Shown piece after piece: positions 28,609-38,533 of a stretch of DNA of 64,000 bases. Position numbers and translations under genes: made by a program. The number at the start of each line of letters is the position of its first letter. Within the stretch, counting starts at the first letter, position 1. The stretch is from the NCBI GenBank assembly GCA_965112635.1, contig OZ218778.1, forward strand, positions 576,001 to 640,000, in the 5' to 3' direction. Source of the stretch: an uncultured bacterium. GTDB taxonomy: Bacteria; Oederibacteriota; Oederibacteriia; Oederibacteriales; Oederibacteriaceae. Below the pieces are notes generated by a model. The model did not search any database. It saw nothing but the letters and a program-made list of their open reading frames with translations, and was not told where the DNA came from.

Positions 28609-31188
28609 TTAGTAATGCATGACAAGGCTGGTAAAGATCTCGGAAGCCTGGTAAGAAGCCGGGCTGTTCTGGAAATCCGTGTAGATCATGTCCATATATT
28701 GCAGGGTCAGGGTGGTGGTCCGCAGCCATTTCCAGGTCAATCCCACTCCAAAGGTCTGCTGGTCGATGTTCCAGAAGCAAGGCGTAAGGACCAATCCGTT
28801 GAGATTGCCCCCGATGGAATTGTACTGTTCATTGGCAATGATGCCGTAGGTGGCAATGCCTGGATAATCGCCGAAGATATATTCCGTCCCGCTTGAAGTT
28901 AGGTGCTGGACCCCGCCCAGAAGCACCAGGTCCTTCAAGATGGGGACTTCCAGACCCAAGTGCAAGATCTGCGTGGTCAGGCTCACCTGTGCCTGGTTGG
29001 TCGGGTCCACATCCGGAGCAGGGTTGTTGGTCGTATGTTCCGTGCGCAACCCTACCTGCACCGCGATGGGCACGGTGTATCTCAGCCAACTCTTATTTTC
29101 CAGCCTTAGCCCGAGCATCGTGTCGCTGAATGACCTGGGCGAAAGATGGTTGACGTCTGGCCCTTCGGTGGCCACCCTTTCCACGGCGTTCTCAACGGTT
29201 AGAAAAGGTTCATAGGCATAGGATTGTTCTTTATCGGTGTAATATTTTCCATGGTAGTTGAACACATAGGCGTTGCGGTTGGGTGTGGCCTCGCCGTAGG
29301 GCCGGAGATTGTTATAGATGATGCTGTAAGGCGTGAAACCCGGCACAAGGTAATTCACATAGGAGGGCTGGATCTGATAACCCAATTTGTTCCAGGGCAG
29401 GGTCAATTCCTCGGGGGTCATGTCCATGCAATATCCTGGAATGCCTAAAGCGGGGATGGAGGGCATCATGATGCCTCCGTAGGTGGAATTGCCTTGCAGC
29501 ATCTGGCCTGGCGCAAGATAACTAATGACGTTATACATGTTGGCAATATCCTCCCCGCTATAAGGGTTATTGCTCTGATTAAAGATCTGGAGCAAGGGGT
29601 CCCAGACCCTGGTTTGGGCCATGGGATTGTAATAAGCGGGCCCGACGCTACGGTAACTCCAATCCAGGATGGCTCCCATGGGCAGTTTAAAGGATGCCTT
29701 GCCCTCCCCGGCAAAATCCGTGAGATAAGCCTGGTATGTGGGTTCCGTATAAGTGGCTCTGAGGTTGGAGTCCAAGCCGCTTTCTACCCCTTCAAAAGAC
29801 AGGGTCACAAAATCATGTAAATTTACAGACGCCTCTCCGGAAGCGTCATAAAGGTCCCAGGGTTGGTAAGGAGGAGCAGGCACACCCAATGCAGGATTAG
29901 CAGCACCTGGAGGACCCGTGCCGGCTATGCTCCTCAAATCCTGGATACTGGTCCCTAAATGCAGCCACGGCAAAGGCTGGGATTGGGCTTTGCCCCCCAA
30001 AAGCCAGGTCCAATACTGATAGCTTATTGTCGGTGCAGCCCCAGCCGTAGTCGTAAGGCCGGGAGCGCCATTCGCGGGAATATTAAAGTAATACTGGGTC
30101 GCCCATTGCGTAGTTACATTGGGATTTTGCGCATACCAGATATTATCAAAAGAAAATGGCCCATTGGTGGAGTAAGAGCCAACGCTGTCTAGGAAAGGCT
30201 CAGCCATAACATCAACATCGATGTCATAGTCATTGAAAAATCTGAATGTGGTGCCTGCGGAAACCATATTGGTCAGGAACCGCTCATTATCTTTCACATG
30301 ACACACTTCCTTGTCGTAATCTTTATAAAGCCTGAAGATCTTTGCTTCCAGGGGGTCCAAGTCGTCGTCATCCGCAGCGAAAAGCGTCAAAGGAGTCCAT
30401 TTTTTCCACTGATCTCCGCCAGAAAAATAGATATTGTCCAGGTTGGCGTCAAAACGGATCTCCATGATTCCAAAACTCTGCGTGGGAGTGCCGTAGGCAA
30501 AAGTCGGGGAGCCCCAGGCTCCTCCCAATGAATTTATAAAACGGTCTATGAGCACGGCATCTACCCGGTCATTATGGAAATGGATGTTCATATCCAGGGT
30601 TTGTATAAAATCGTTATAGAGCGGAGAGGTCATGCCTATGGGAGTGGTGGTCAAAGCCAAAGCCTGTTGGTTGCCGCTGAGCTTGATGCCCTGATAGTTC
30701 ACGCCGTAATCCCCGCTGATCCGGATGCCCCAGAAATCACTAAGGTCCTGCTCTCTTTTTTCCAGGTCAGCCTCTTTGAGTTTCAAGGTGACCATCTGGT
30801 CCGAGAGGCTCTTGATGTCCTCCTTAAGGGCCATAAGGTCGTCCTGATAAGCCCGCGCCAGTTTATAGACTTGGTCCAGGTCCGCGGCCACAACACCCGC
30901 GTCCGGAGGGCTGGGGGGCTGGTCCTCATCCTCGCTCTTGAGCTGGGCCGTTTCCAGGGCTTCTCCGGTAAATCTGGCCAGGTCAGCCCTGGTCAAGACC
31001 TTGCCTGCCGGGAAAGGTGTTTTCAAGTAACCGTGGTCGCTGAGCCGCTCCAGAGCCCCATAGGACCAGTCCGTCAAAGGGACTGTATCGGACAAATCTG
31101 CAGGGTCAGTACTGGCCAGCAGGCCCGTGGGACAGAGCAGTATCCCCAAAAGCAACCCTAACCATAACCATGCTGTCTTTTTAGACAT
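28609..31188 (-). CDS. SLH-like + coiled-coil + large beta-barrel outer membrane protein, paralog 3
   Basis: Signal peptide; VPLTDWSYGALERLSDHGYL...LTRADLA; heptad segment; aromatic-rich beta strands; C-terminal Y. AAGGA RBS before ATG 31188. Confidence 0.7.
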   Translation of the reverse strand: MSKKTAWLWLGLLLGILLCPTGLLASTDPADLSDTVPLTDWSYGALERLSDHGYLKTPFPAGKVLTRADLARFTGEALETAQLKSEDEDQPPSPPDAGVVAADLDQVYKLARAYQDDLMALKEDIKSLSDQMVTLKLKEADLEKREQDLSDFWGIRISGDYGVNYQGIKLSGNQQALALTTTPIGMTSPLYNDFIQTLDMNIHFHNDRVDAVLIDRFINSLGGAWGSPTFAYGTPTQSFGIMEIRFDANLDNIYFSGGDQWKKWTPLTLFAADDDDLDPLEAKIFRLYKDYDKEVCHVKDNERFLTNMVSAGTTFRFFNDYDIDVDVMAEPFLDSVGSYSTNGPFSFDNIWYAQNPNVTTQWATQYYFNIPANGAPGLTTTAGAAPTISYQYWTWLLGGKAQSQPLPWLHLGTSIQDLRSIAGTGPPGAANPALGVPAPPYQPWDLYDASGEASVNLHDFVTLSFEGVESGLDSNLRATYTEPTYQAYLTDFAGEGKASFKLPMGAILDWSYRSVGPAYYNPMAQTRVWDPLLQIFNQSNNPYSGEDIANMYNVISYLAPGQMLQGNSTYGGIMMPSIPALGIPGYCMDMTPEELTLPWNKLGYQIQPSYVNYLVPGFTPYSIIYNNLRPYGEATPNRNAYVFNYHGKYYTDKEQSYAYEPFLTVENAVERVATEGPDVNHLSPRSFSDTMLGLRLENKSWLRYTVPIAVQVGLRTEHTTNNPAPDVDPTNQAQVSLTTQILHLGLEVPILKDLVLLGGVQHLTSSGTEYIFGDYPGIATYGIIANEQYNSIGGNLNGLVLTPCFWNIDQQTFGVGLTWKWLRTTTLTLQYMDMIYTDFQNSPASYQASEIFTSLVMHY

Positions 31189-31202
31189 GCCAGGTTCCTT
31201 TT

Positions 31203-33497
31203 TTAGAAAGTGATAGACCATTTGATGTTATACTCCTCAGCTGAATAATCATTGAGCATGGTAGCCTGGTCTTCGTATTTATCCATCTGCCATCCTAAAG
31301 CCAGGATGGAGTGGTCGGAATTCAGGACATTGCAGACAAAACCCAGCCCAAAGATCTCTTCTCTGGCGTCGTAATTATTTAAGTACAGATACTGGTGGGT
31401 CAACCCATAACCTAAACTGTTAAAAAGCCCCTGCGGGCCCACGATATCATATCTGGACAGGGCACCAGCCCCGGGTAAACCTCCAGGGTAGGTCAGGGTA
31501 TACTCCCGGCCGTAGCCGTTGATGGTCTTATAGGCTGCCAGCAGCTTTAGCCCTTCGTACAGAAAACTCAGGCCGTAATTGATCTCTCCGCTCCAGGTAA
31601 TGGTCCTCAGGTCCACGTCGCCGGGAAGCCCATCCGTGGTGTATTCCTGTTTCCAGCCCCCGGTAAGGATCACAGGCAGGGGGATGGGATATTTTTCCTT
31701 GCTTTTGGTCAGGTCCAGGGATAGACCGTCAGTCTGTACCCAAAAATGCCTCTGGGTCAGCTGGTTCAAACTCGGTCCTTCGGTGGCCCAGATCTCCTGG
31801 TAATTATCCATCCGGACATAAGGGTTGAAGAAACCCCCGAAATAACCTCCCTGCCACTGGCAGGTCATCCCCTGGCGGTTGGGTGTGGCCGGGCCATAGG
31901 GGAAAGTATTGTTCATTAAAACGTTGTAATAGTCATAGCCTGTCCAGGTCCTGCGGTCATAATGCGGGTAACCGGGAAAGGTGGTCGGCATATTGTCGTA
32001 GGAATAATCCGGCCGATACACCTGGTTCTGGGAAAAGATCGGGACATCGGGCAAAAAGGAGTTACCGTTGACATCGACCAGCCCCAGACTCGACTCGTTG
32101 ATCCCCGCATCATAGATCCTGGATTGTGCAAAAAAATTATAGTATTCCGGGCCCACGCTGGAATAACTCGCCGTGATAGTGCCGGGGCTGGGGAAGATGC
32201 TGACCGCAGTGGTCATGGCGTTGTCGATGAGCAGACCCTCGGGATAAACATTGGGACTGGTTTGGTTGACGTCCATATTGAGGGTGCTCAGCGCGGCTTC
32301 ATGGGTGATCTCGACAGCCTGCCCCAGCTTTAGTTTAAGGTCACCGCTCAGGATCCATTCGTCTTTGCGGCTGACAGCCATAGGCCGGGTCAAGTCAAAA
32401 GCATTGACCGGCAGCAGGATATCGGGGCCGGTATCACTGGCGTCCCAGGACGAAATAAAGGATGACCCCCAGTGCAGGAGCGGAGACGCGTCTCCTTCGG
32501 CCCGCCCCACATAAACCCACGGTTCCACATAGAGCAGTGTTTGGGTGGAACTATCCTGGTCAAAAAAGTTATTGATCATGCCCAGCCGCGCTATCATCGA
32601 GGTGAGGCCCACGGGATAGGAGTCAAAAATTTTCAAGGTGGATTTCCCTTCCAGGCCGGTCAAGGGCAGATTGTGGTCTTTAAGACCCAGTTGCATCTTT
32701 AGGTCCGCCACTTTCCTGCTGAACCATAAGGGTTCCAGGGGGTAATAGTCGTCGTCGTCCTCGTAACCGGCCATCAGGGGGCTGAGCTTAAAAGAAATAT
32801 CTCCGGCCCAGAACTGACCGTAGGGGGTTTCCATATTGGCCCGCATGGCGCTGAGGTCGACCTGGGTGATGTCATTGCTGTTATGGTAATAAGAAAGCGC
32901 CCTCATCTCTATTTCCGCCGAACCATAAGGGCTCCGGCAGACGGTGTCCAGGTCAAAATAGTTCCGGATATCCCGGGTAAGCTCCACGGCCGGAGCTCCG
33001 GAATACGGCACAGGCAGGGCGTAACCGTACATCTGCATCTGGTCGAATCCTGTCCAGAAATCCCCGCCGATATAGACCGGCATCTGTTCGGCAAAGAACT
33101 TCTCCTGGTTCTGTTCCAGCTGGGTCTGTTTCTGGCGCAGAGAGACCAGCTGGTCCGCGATCTTGTCCAGCTTGGCGCCCAGGTTGACCATCTCCTCCTC
33201 GTATTCACGGACCAGCTTGTATATCTTGTCCCAGTCCATGGCCGTGGCAGCCGGGCTTTGCGCCGGGTTGGAGGCGGACTGCACGGCTTGGGCCACCCAG
33301 AGGGCCATTTCCCGGGAGCTGTAGGAGGACTTGTCCGGCAAGGGCCCTTTTAAAAAACCCTTTTGGGCCAGGTCCTTGAGGGCCTGGACCGACCAGTCGC
33401 TGTCAGGCACGCTGTCCGGCCTAGCAGCCCATACAAGAGGTCCGCCCAGCCAGGTGCATAATAAAATAATTAGAATCGTGTTCAGGTTTCGTTTCAC
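31203..33497 (-). CDS. SLH-like + coiled-coil + large beta-barrel outer membrane protein, paralog 2
   Basis: Signal peptide; VPDSDWSVQALKDLAQKGFL; IYKLVREYEEEM coil; ends YNIKWSITF (BAM beta-signal-like). Confidence 0.7.
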   Translation of the reverse strand: MKRNLNTILIILLCTWLGGPLVWAARPDSVPDSDWSVQALKDLAQKGFLKGPLPDKSSYSSREMALWVAQAVQSASNPAQSPAATAMDWDKIYKLVREYEEEMVNLGAKLDKIADQLVSLRQKQTQLEQNQEKFFAEQMPVYIGGDFWTGFDQMQMYGYALPVPYSGAPAVELTRDIRNYFDLDTVCRSPYGSAEIEMRALSYYHNSNDITQVDLSAMRANMETPYGQFWAGDISFKLSPLMAGYEDDDDYYPLEPLWFSRKVADLKMQLGLKDHNLPLTGLEGKSTLKIFDSYPVGLTSMIARLGMINNFFDQDSSTQTLLYVEPWVYVGRAEGDASPLLHWGSSFISSWDASDTGPDILLPVNAFDLTRPMAVSRKDEWILSGDLKLKLGQAVEITHEAALSTLNMDVNQTSPNVYPEGLLIDNAMTTAVSIFPSPGTITASYSSVGPEYYNFFAQSRIYDAGINESSLGLVDVNGNSFLPDVPIFSQNQVYRPDYSYDNMPTTFPGYPHYDRRTWTGYDYYNVLMNNTFPYGPATPNRQGMTCQWQGGYFGGFFNPYVRMDNYQEIWATEGPSLNQLTQRHFWVQTDGLSLDLTKSKEKYPIPLPVILTGGWKQEYTTDGLPGDVDLRTITWSGEINYGLSFLYEGLKLLAAYKTINGYGREYTLTYPGGLPGAGALSRYDIVGPQGLFNSLGYGLTHQYLYLNNYDAREEIFGLGFVCNVLNSDHSILALGWQMDKYEDQATMLNDYSAEEYNIKWSITF

Positions 33498-33505
33498 TCA
33501 GGCTC

Positions 33506-36025
33506 CTAAAAGCTATAACTGGATCTTATTTCAGTGGTCACGATACCATTACTAATATCTTCTTCGGGGTGCGTGGCATCATTGCTCGTTATATATTGAT
33601 AGCGGACTGTCAGGATCGTATAACGCATCAAGTCCAGGTCCAGCCCGACATCGGCCGTGGTGACAAGATAATTCAGGGGGTCCAGAGCGTAGGTCGAATT
33701 GGGGCCGTTAAGTTGTGTGATATACAAGTTATAGGCTGAGCGGATGGTTTCGGCCCCGTAACCGACGCAGATGCTGAGCGGGTCGAACAGGTTATAGACG
33801 ATCATAGAGTTAACATAACCGTGGGTCATCCAGGCGCCCGCATCCGTGGCCGGAACGAACTGGAACTCCTTGGTCGTGCTTTGCAGGATACCGCTGATCC
33901 AAAAATAAGTGACCCGGGGTATGGGCAGGAACTTGCTGAGGATGGTCCTGAAATCTCCGCTTAAGGTCGTGTAATACGGCCCGCACCATTGGGTCGGGTC
34001 CTGCATCGCGGGATCATTGATAGGTATGGCAAAGTCATTCTCGCCCCAGGCCACGCTGGTAAAATAATGATAGGGTGGCGCCATCGTTAGAGGAAACGTC
34101 GGACCGCCTATATTGGAAATTTGGCTGGGAAAGGTCCCCAGAAAGACAGGCGCGGTGATGAAATCAGAGACCCATTTCAAATTATGGGAAGAGCAATAAT
34201 TGACTTGCATGATGGAAGCGGGGATGCGCTTGGGCGCCAGCAGCAAGTCAAACCCTTCCCGGTTAGTCGACCATTCCATGGGTTCGTTGCACCAGTTCAC
34301 TACGGGACACCCGCCTCCCATTTCGTACATCAACCAGAAAGGGATATTGTCCCTCAAAGCGTAGTTAGTACCACTACCGGAATTATCCCAAAAATTAAAG
34401 AGCCCTCCCTGCACGACTCCGGAGTATTGTTTGCCCGGCATGTTACCGACCCACGATTCGCTCCCGGGAGGGGCATACTCAGGCCCGATCCTGTAGTAAT
34501 CCCCCTTCATCCATACCATGTTGAGGAGCGGCACGCCTTTGAAGGTGTCCGAAAACTCCATTCTGAGGGCGTTATCCACCACAGGCACATTGACCAAATT
34601 GGTGATATGAGAAGACGACCACCATAACCCCTGGTTTTCCATGCTGCTCAGGTTGGAGATGGCATATTCCATATCCACGTCCATGCCGCCTAGATAGGGA
34701 ACATCCTTGGCCATGCGAGTGGTCCATTGCAGGCTCCTGGCGCTGCAATTAAAAACAGCGGTGCCGTTGTTCCTGTTCTCCGAAGGGTCAGAGGCTTCAT
34801 CCTCGGCGTTGAAAGCGTAGGTCGAGGAAGTGGCCGGGTCCGGCACGTCAAAATGCATGGCGAATAGATTATTTTCGGGTTGGTTGTGGCTAGGCGAGCT
34901 GTAGGAGCGGAACCGGTTGACGTAAAAGACCATTTCGGAATTATAGGGCAGCGAACCATTGGTCAACTTGAGGCCTGATAAGGACTGCTGGGGCGCTCCA
35001 AAAGGCGAAAGCTGGGTGAAAACAGTGTTCCACTCGGTCCGGTTATCAGGGGGTATGTTGTTAAATTGCTCAAAAGGAAGGACATGGCGTCCTTCGCTGG
35101 AAGCATTGTTATTATACATCGTCAAAGGGCTGATATAACCCCGGCAGTCCACCCCTGCCTCCACCCGGGTGCCCCAAAGCGCGCTTTCAGCCCGCAGGGT
35201 GGCCGGAAGCGGCACCGGGAAAGAGCCTCCTAGCGTGGGGATGGCGTTACCGGCGGCATCCACCCCGCCCCCCAGGTTCAGGGTGTAAACATTGTCAATG
35301 CGGTAATCCAGGCCCACGCCCACATTTTGGGCGCCATACCCTAAGGTGAACTGGTTCCCCAATGGACTCCCGGTTCCAGAATAAATCTGCATATTGGCAG
35401 GGAAGCTGCCTTCTTGGCGGCCATACCAGGCCCCATCCCACCGGTTACCCAGACCTGTGTAGGTTACGTTCTGGGCCAGGGCGATATAGCTTCCCTTGAG
35501 GTTGCTTTCAATATCGTTGAATTCTTTGAGGTCGCTGTCGATCTCGGCGCTCCGCTGGGTGATCTCCCCCTTTTTCGCTTGGACCTTATCCTCCATATCT
35601 TTAAGCTCGCTGCGGAACTCGGTGAACAGCCTGTCCAGGTTGTTCAACTCCGTTTGGGTGATCATGACCTGGGAATTCGTCTGGGCCTCATAACCAGCCT
35701 GGGCCACGTAAAAAGCCGCGTCAGTACGGCTCAACGGCTCCTCGGCATAGGGGAAATTCTTCAACTCCTCCTGGGGCACCTGGATAAGTCCGGAGACGGC
35801 CAAGTCATGCAGGGCCTTTAAGGACCAGTGGTCCGCGGGCAGATAAGCCGTAGACCCGGCCAGGAACAAAGGGTTGAGGGCCAGGTAAAAAAGAGGGATC
35901 AATAAAAGAGCGGCAAAAAGGGGGGTTTTAAAATTATTAAAAATGGATAAGGTAAAAAACCGGAACAACCGCAGGACAACCCGTAAAAAAACAGTGAAAT
36001 CCACTTCTCCCTTTCCATATTCCAT
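33506..36025 (-). CDS. SLH-like + coiled-coil + large beta-barrel outer membrane protein, paralog 1 (start uncertain)
   Basis: LPADHWSLKALHDLAVSGLI...LSRTDAA; LDRLFTEFRSELKDM coil; ends EIRSSYSF. Confidence 0.68.
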   Translation of the reverse strand: MEYGKGEVDFTVFLRVVLRLFRFFTLSIFNNFKTPLFAALLLIPLFYLALNPLFLAGSTAYLPADHWSLKALHDLAVSGLIQVPQEELKNFPYAEEPLSRTDAAFYVAQAGYEAQTNSQVMITQTELNNLDRLFTEFRSELKDMEDKVQAKKGEITQRSAEIDSDLKEFNDIESNLKGSYIALAQNVTYTGLGNRWDGAWYGRQEGSFPANMQIYSGTGSPLGNQFTLGYGAQNVGVGLDYRIDNVYTLNLGGGVDAAGNAIPTLGGSFPVPLPATLRAESALWGTRVEAGVDCRGYISPLTMYNNNASSEGRHVLPFEQFNNIPPDNRTEWNTVFTQLSPFGAPQQSLSGLKLTNGSLPYNSEMVFYVNRFRSYSSPSHNQPENNLFAMHFDVPDPATSSTYAFNAEDEASDPSENRNNGTAVFNCSARSLQWTTRMAKDVPYLGGMDVDMEYAISNLSSMENQGLWWSSSHITNLVNVPVVDNALRMEFSDTFKGVPLLNMVWMKGDYYRIGPEYAPPGSESWVGNMPGKQYSGVVQGGLFNFWDNSGSGTNYALRDNIPFWLMYEMGGGCPVVNWCNEPMEWSTNREGFDLLLAPKRIPASIMQVNYCSSHNLKWVSDFITAPVFLGTFPSQISNIGGPTFPLTMAPPYHYFTSVAWGENDFAIPINDPAMQDPTQWCGPYYTTLSGDFRTILSKFLPIPRVTYFWISGILQSTTKEFQFVPATDAGAWMTHGYVNSMIVYNLFDPLSICVGYGAETIRSAYNLYITQLNGPNSTYALDPLNYLVTTADVGLDLDLMRYTILTVRYQYITSNDATHPEEDISNGIVTTEIRSSYSF

Positions 36026-36082
36026 ATCCAGCAGTTTTCTTTCCTTGGCGAAAAAATGAGTATGTACGGTCTGTGATCCGGA

Positions 36083-36838
36083 TTAATTAATGTACCAATC
36101 GTCCAAATAGATCGTTTCCACGACACCGGGCGCGCCGACAAATTTGATCCTGCCCACACAATCAAGATCCACGGCGGGATTACCCGACCCGGGAATAAAA
36201 AGCGTGAGCGGCACCCTGACTTCCTGCCACCCCTTGGTGATGCCCCCCGAGGGCGGCAGGAAATAGGCACCCATAACAGGGATGTAATTGGACTGGTTCT
36301 CGCCGGGGGTGAGGTCGTTGACACGCATGGAGATGCTTTCTCCCCCATTCTGACCCTTGACCCAGAAATCCATATAACCATGGTTGGACAAGGTTATCCC
36401 GTTCCCCTGGGGAGTATTGCACTGTCCAAAGGACGGCAGGTTGCAATAACCGGAGAACTGTAACTCGCAATCACCGGTCGTGGAATCAAAAACGATCTTG
36501 AGGCAGGTGCTGTTGTTATGGCCTGCTGGAGGGCCGACCTCAGCGAATGAGGAAAGCGGTCCGGGACTGCCGATAAAGATAGGGGGGCTGTTAAAAACCC
36601 ACAAGGGAACATCGCTGGCGTCGCATCCGAAACCTTCACCGTTATAAACAATAAAAGGTGGCGCATAAGGAAGCGGGGTGCTGGTCGGCGTGGGAGCATA
36701 CCCTATACTCGCAGCCGAAGGCAGCTGCGATGTAGAAGGGTGGGAACAGGCCGTCATCAGCCAAAAGACGGCCAATACCATGACAAATATAAGCCCTATC
36801 ATAAAAGTTGGTTTTAAAACCGTTGGTTTCATATTCAT
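36083..36838 (-). CDS. Lipoprotein with P/T linker and CBM11/CIA30-like beta-sandwich domain
   Basis: Lipobox MTAC; PTPTSTP; MDFWVKG, WQEVRVPLTLF, VDLDCVGRIKF, IYLDDW. Confidence 0.65.
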   Translation of the reverse strand: MNMKPTVLKPTFMIGLIFVMVLAVFWLMTACSHPSTSQLPSAASIGYAPTPTSTPLPYAPPFIVYNGEGFGCDASDVPLWVFNSPPIFIGSPGPLSSFAEVGPPAGHNNSTCLKIVFDSTTGDCELQFSGYCNLPSFGQCNTPQGNGITLSNHGYMDFWVKGQNGGESISMRVNDLTPGENQSNYIPVMGAYFLPPSGGITKGWQEVRVPLTLFIPGSGNPAVDLDCVGRIKFVGAPGVVETIYLDDWYIN

Positions 36839-36859
36839 TCTCCTTTCATTTTCAAGCTA

Positions 36860-36886
36860 ATTATAGCATAAATAATAAAATTGCAA
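36860..36886 (-). promoter_or_regulatory. Putative extended -10 promoter for the lipoprotein + three barrel genes
   Basis: Minus strand reads TTGCAA-15 bp-TATAAT with TGC immediately before the -10, then GAAAGGAG RBS; very AT-rich. Confidence 0.5.
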
Positions 36887-36984
36887 TTTTTCAAGAAAAA
36901 AACCTGTTTTAATGAACCCTGCAACCTATATCATCATAATCTATCCATAAATCCACAATAAAGTTACACAAAAATCCAAAAAAT

Positions 36985-37614
36985 TCATTGGAAATAAATA
37001 TTATCCACCCACAGAGTATTGTCTTTTTGATTGCTGGGTAGCTCAAAGCCGACACTATCCACCTTTTGCAGCTTTTCCATGCCTTGGGGCACAGGCAATT
37101 CCGGCGCAAATTGGTCAAGGAAGATCTGGTATAACCACCACCGGCCCATGCCCTGCTGCGGAGGGGAAACAAAGGGATATACTTTATTGTCTAGGTGGGT
37201 ATTGAGCTGGACCTTGAAAGCCAGGGAGTCCTGAGCCTTGACCCACAGGATGATCATCTTGTCGGATTGGACATCCAGACCCTTTCCTTGATAAGGCGAG
37301 GTTTCAGCCGCCCCGCAGCCCCAACCCTTGCCGAACTTATAATCTATTTTCCCGCAATATTTCCCCAACTTGGCGCCCTGTTGGACCACTGTAAAACTAC
37401 AGCTGCTGCCGTTGGCCGCATCCCCCCACGTCCAGCCGCCGCTGCCCAGAACTCCCGTTTCAAAATCGTCGTAAAGCACTGCCTGGGGAGAAAGTTGGAC
37501 ATTTTGTTGCACCCCTAGGCTTCCACCGCAGCCGGTCAAAACGGCCGTCAACAGGAAAAACAAGAGACCCGCAAGCAGGTTTTGGCCGCGGGTATGGCCT
37601 TTCCAGCGCTCCAA
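36985..37614 (-). CDS. Lipoprotein with CBM11-like domain
   Basis: AGGAG then TTG 37614; lipobox LTGC; YDDFE, WTWGD, KIDY..GWG, ILWVK, LWVDNIYF. Confidence 0.65.
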   Translation of the reverse strand: MERWKGHTRGQNLLAGLLFFLLTAVLTGCGGSLGVQQNVQLSPQAVLYDDFETGVLGSGGWTWGDAANGSSCSFTVVQQGAKLGKYCGKIDYKFGKGWGCGAAETSPYQGKGLDVQSDKMIILWVKAQDSLAFKVQLNTHLDNKVYPFVSPPQQGMGRWWLYQIFLDQFAPELPVPQGMEKLQKVDSVGFELPSNQKDNTLWVDNIYFQ

Positions 37615-37738
37615 TAACGATCTCCTGAATGGGCTGTGCCCGGCACCTTTGATCAATTCCGGAACAGCTGAAAGTTTAAGCGTTAGAAATTGATTCAAGT
37701 TTTTTCCTTTTGCGGGTCTGCGGCGGTTGAAAAGGGTG

Positions 37739-38440
37739 TTACCAGGTCCCGGTCACTTGATCCATGAAAATGGGCCCGGTCAAAGCCTCTTTGGAGTTGA
37801 AGACCAGGATGAATTTCCAGGCGTCCCTGAGCTCGTCTTGCGAAATATCAAAAACCAGGTGGTTCACGCCTTCGGACTTGAGGACCGTCTTATGCACGGC
37901 CCAGTTATTGACCGGTCCGCTGCTGATAAAGTTGACTTCGACCTCTTTGTTGAGTCCCAGGACGCCCGCTGGAATGTAAAGGTCAAGGCTGATCTGTTTA
38001 ATTTTATAAAGCTCCTGATAGTAGGCCAGCTGCGAAGGCACCACCCAGGCCAGGTCTTCATTCCATCCTCTGGCGCCTTTGGTGTCGATCTTGAGGCATC
38101 CCTTGCCCTCGGTAGGATGTTCCTCGGAATAGGAAACCTTGCCCTGCCAACCCTCAGTGTCAAAACTGTTGAACCCATAAAGCAGGAAGTTATTCTTGCC
38201 CTGTTGCATGGCTATGGTGAAAGATTCTTCGACTGTCCTCGGTACCCTTGTCGGATATGGCGTAGGGGTATCGGTAGGGATCGGGGTTGGGGTATCCGTG
38301 TTGGTATAGGTTTCCGTCGGGGTAGAGGAAGGTGTTTCTAAATGCTTATTGACCAACTGGACATAGCTGCAACTGGAAAAGATCAGCGCTGCGACAAAGA
38401 ACGGGATCAATAAAAACAGCCAAAAACGGATGGCCTTCAA
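37739..38440 (-). CDS. Lipoprotein with Thr/Pro linker and galactose-binding-like domain
   Basis: Lipobox FSSC; TPTETYTNTDTPTPIPTDTPTP; SFDTEGW, TEGKGCLKI, ISLDLYIP, IFMDQV. Confidence 0.6.
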   Translation of the reverse strand: MKAIRFWLFLLIPFFVAALIFSSCSYVQLVNKHLETPSSTPTETYTNTDTPTPIPTDTPTPYPTRVPRTVEESFTIAMQQGKNNFLLYGFNSFDTEGWQGKVSYSEEHPTEGKGCLKIDTKGARGWNEDLAWVVPSQLAYYQELYKIKQISLDLYIPAGVLGLNKEVEVNFISSGPVNNWAVHKTVLKSEGVNHLVFDISQDELRDAWKFILVFNSKEALTGPIFMDQVTGTW

Positions 38441-38533
38441 GCGCTTTCCCTTCTGTTCTCAGGTTAATGAATAACTCAAAAATCCAACGCTTCATGTATC
38501 TTACTCAAGCTGGATAACCCTGTCAAGGCAGCG

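Noticed and set aside
28609-36025. TonB-dependent receptors, or DGR/phase-variation cassettes
   Set aside because: N-termini are SLH + coiled coil rather than plug domains; the paralogs are too divergent at DNA level for cassette exchange, and no reverse transcriptase or recombinase is present.
27593-38440. tRNA-anchored genomic island
   Set aside because: No integrase, no duplicated tRNA 3' end seen, and the barrel cluster lies upstream (5') of the tRNAs.
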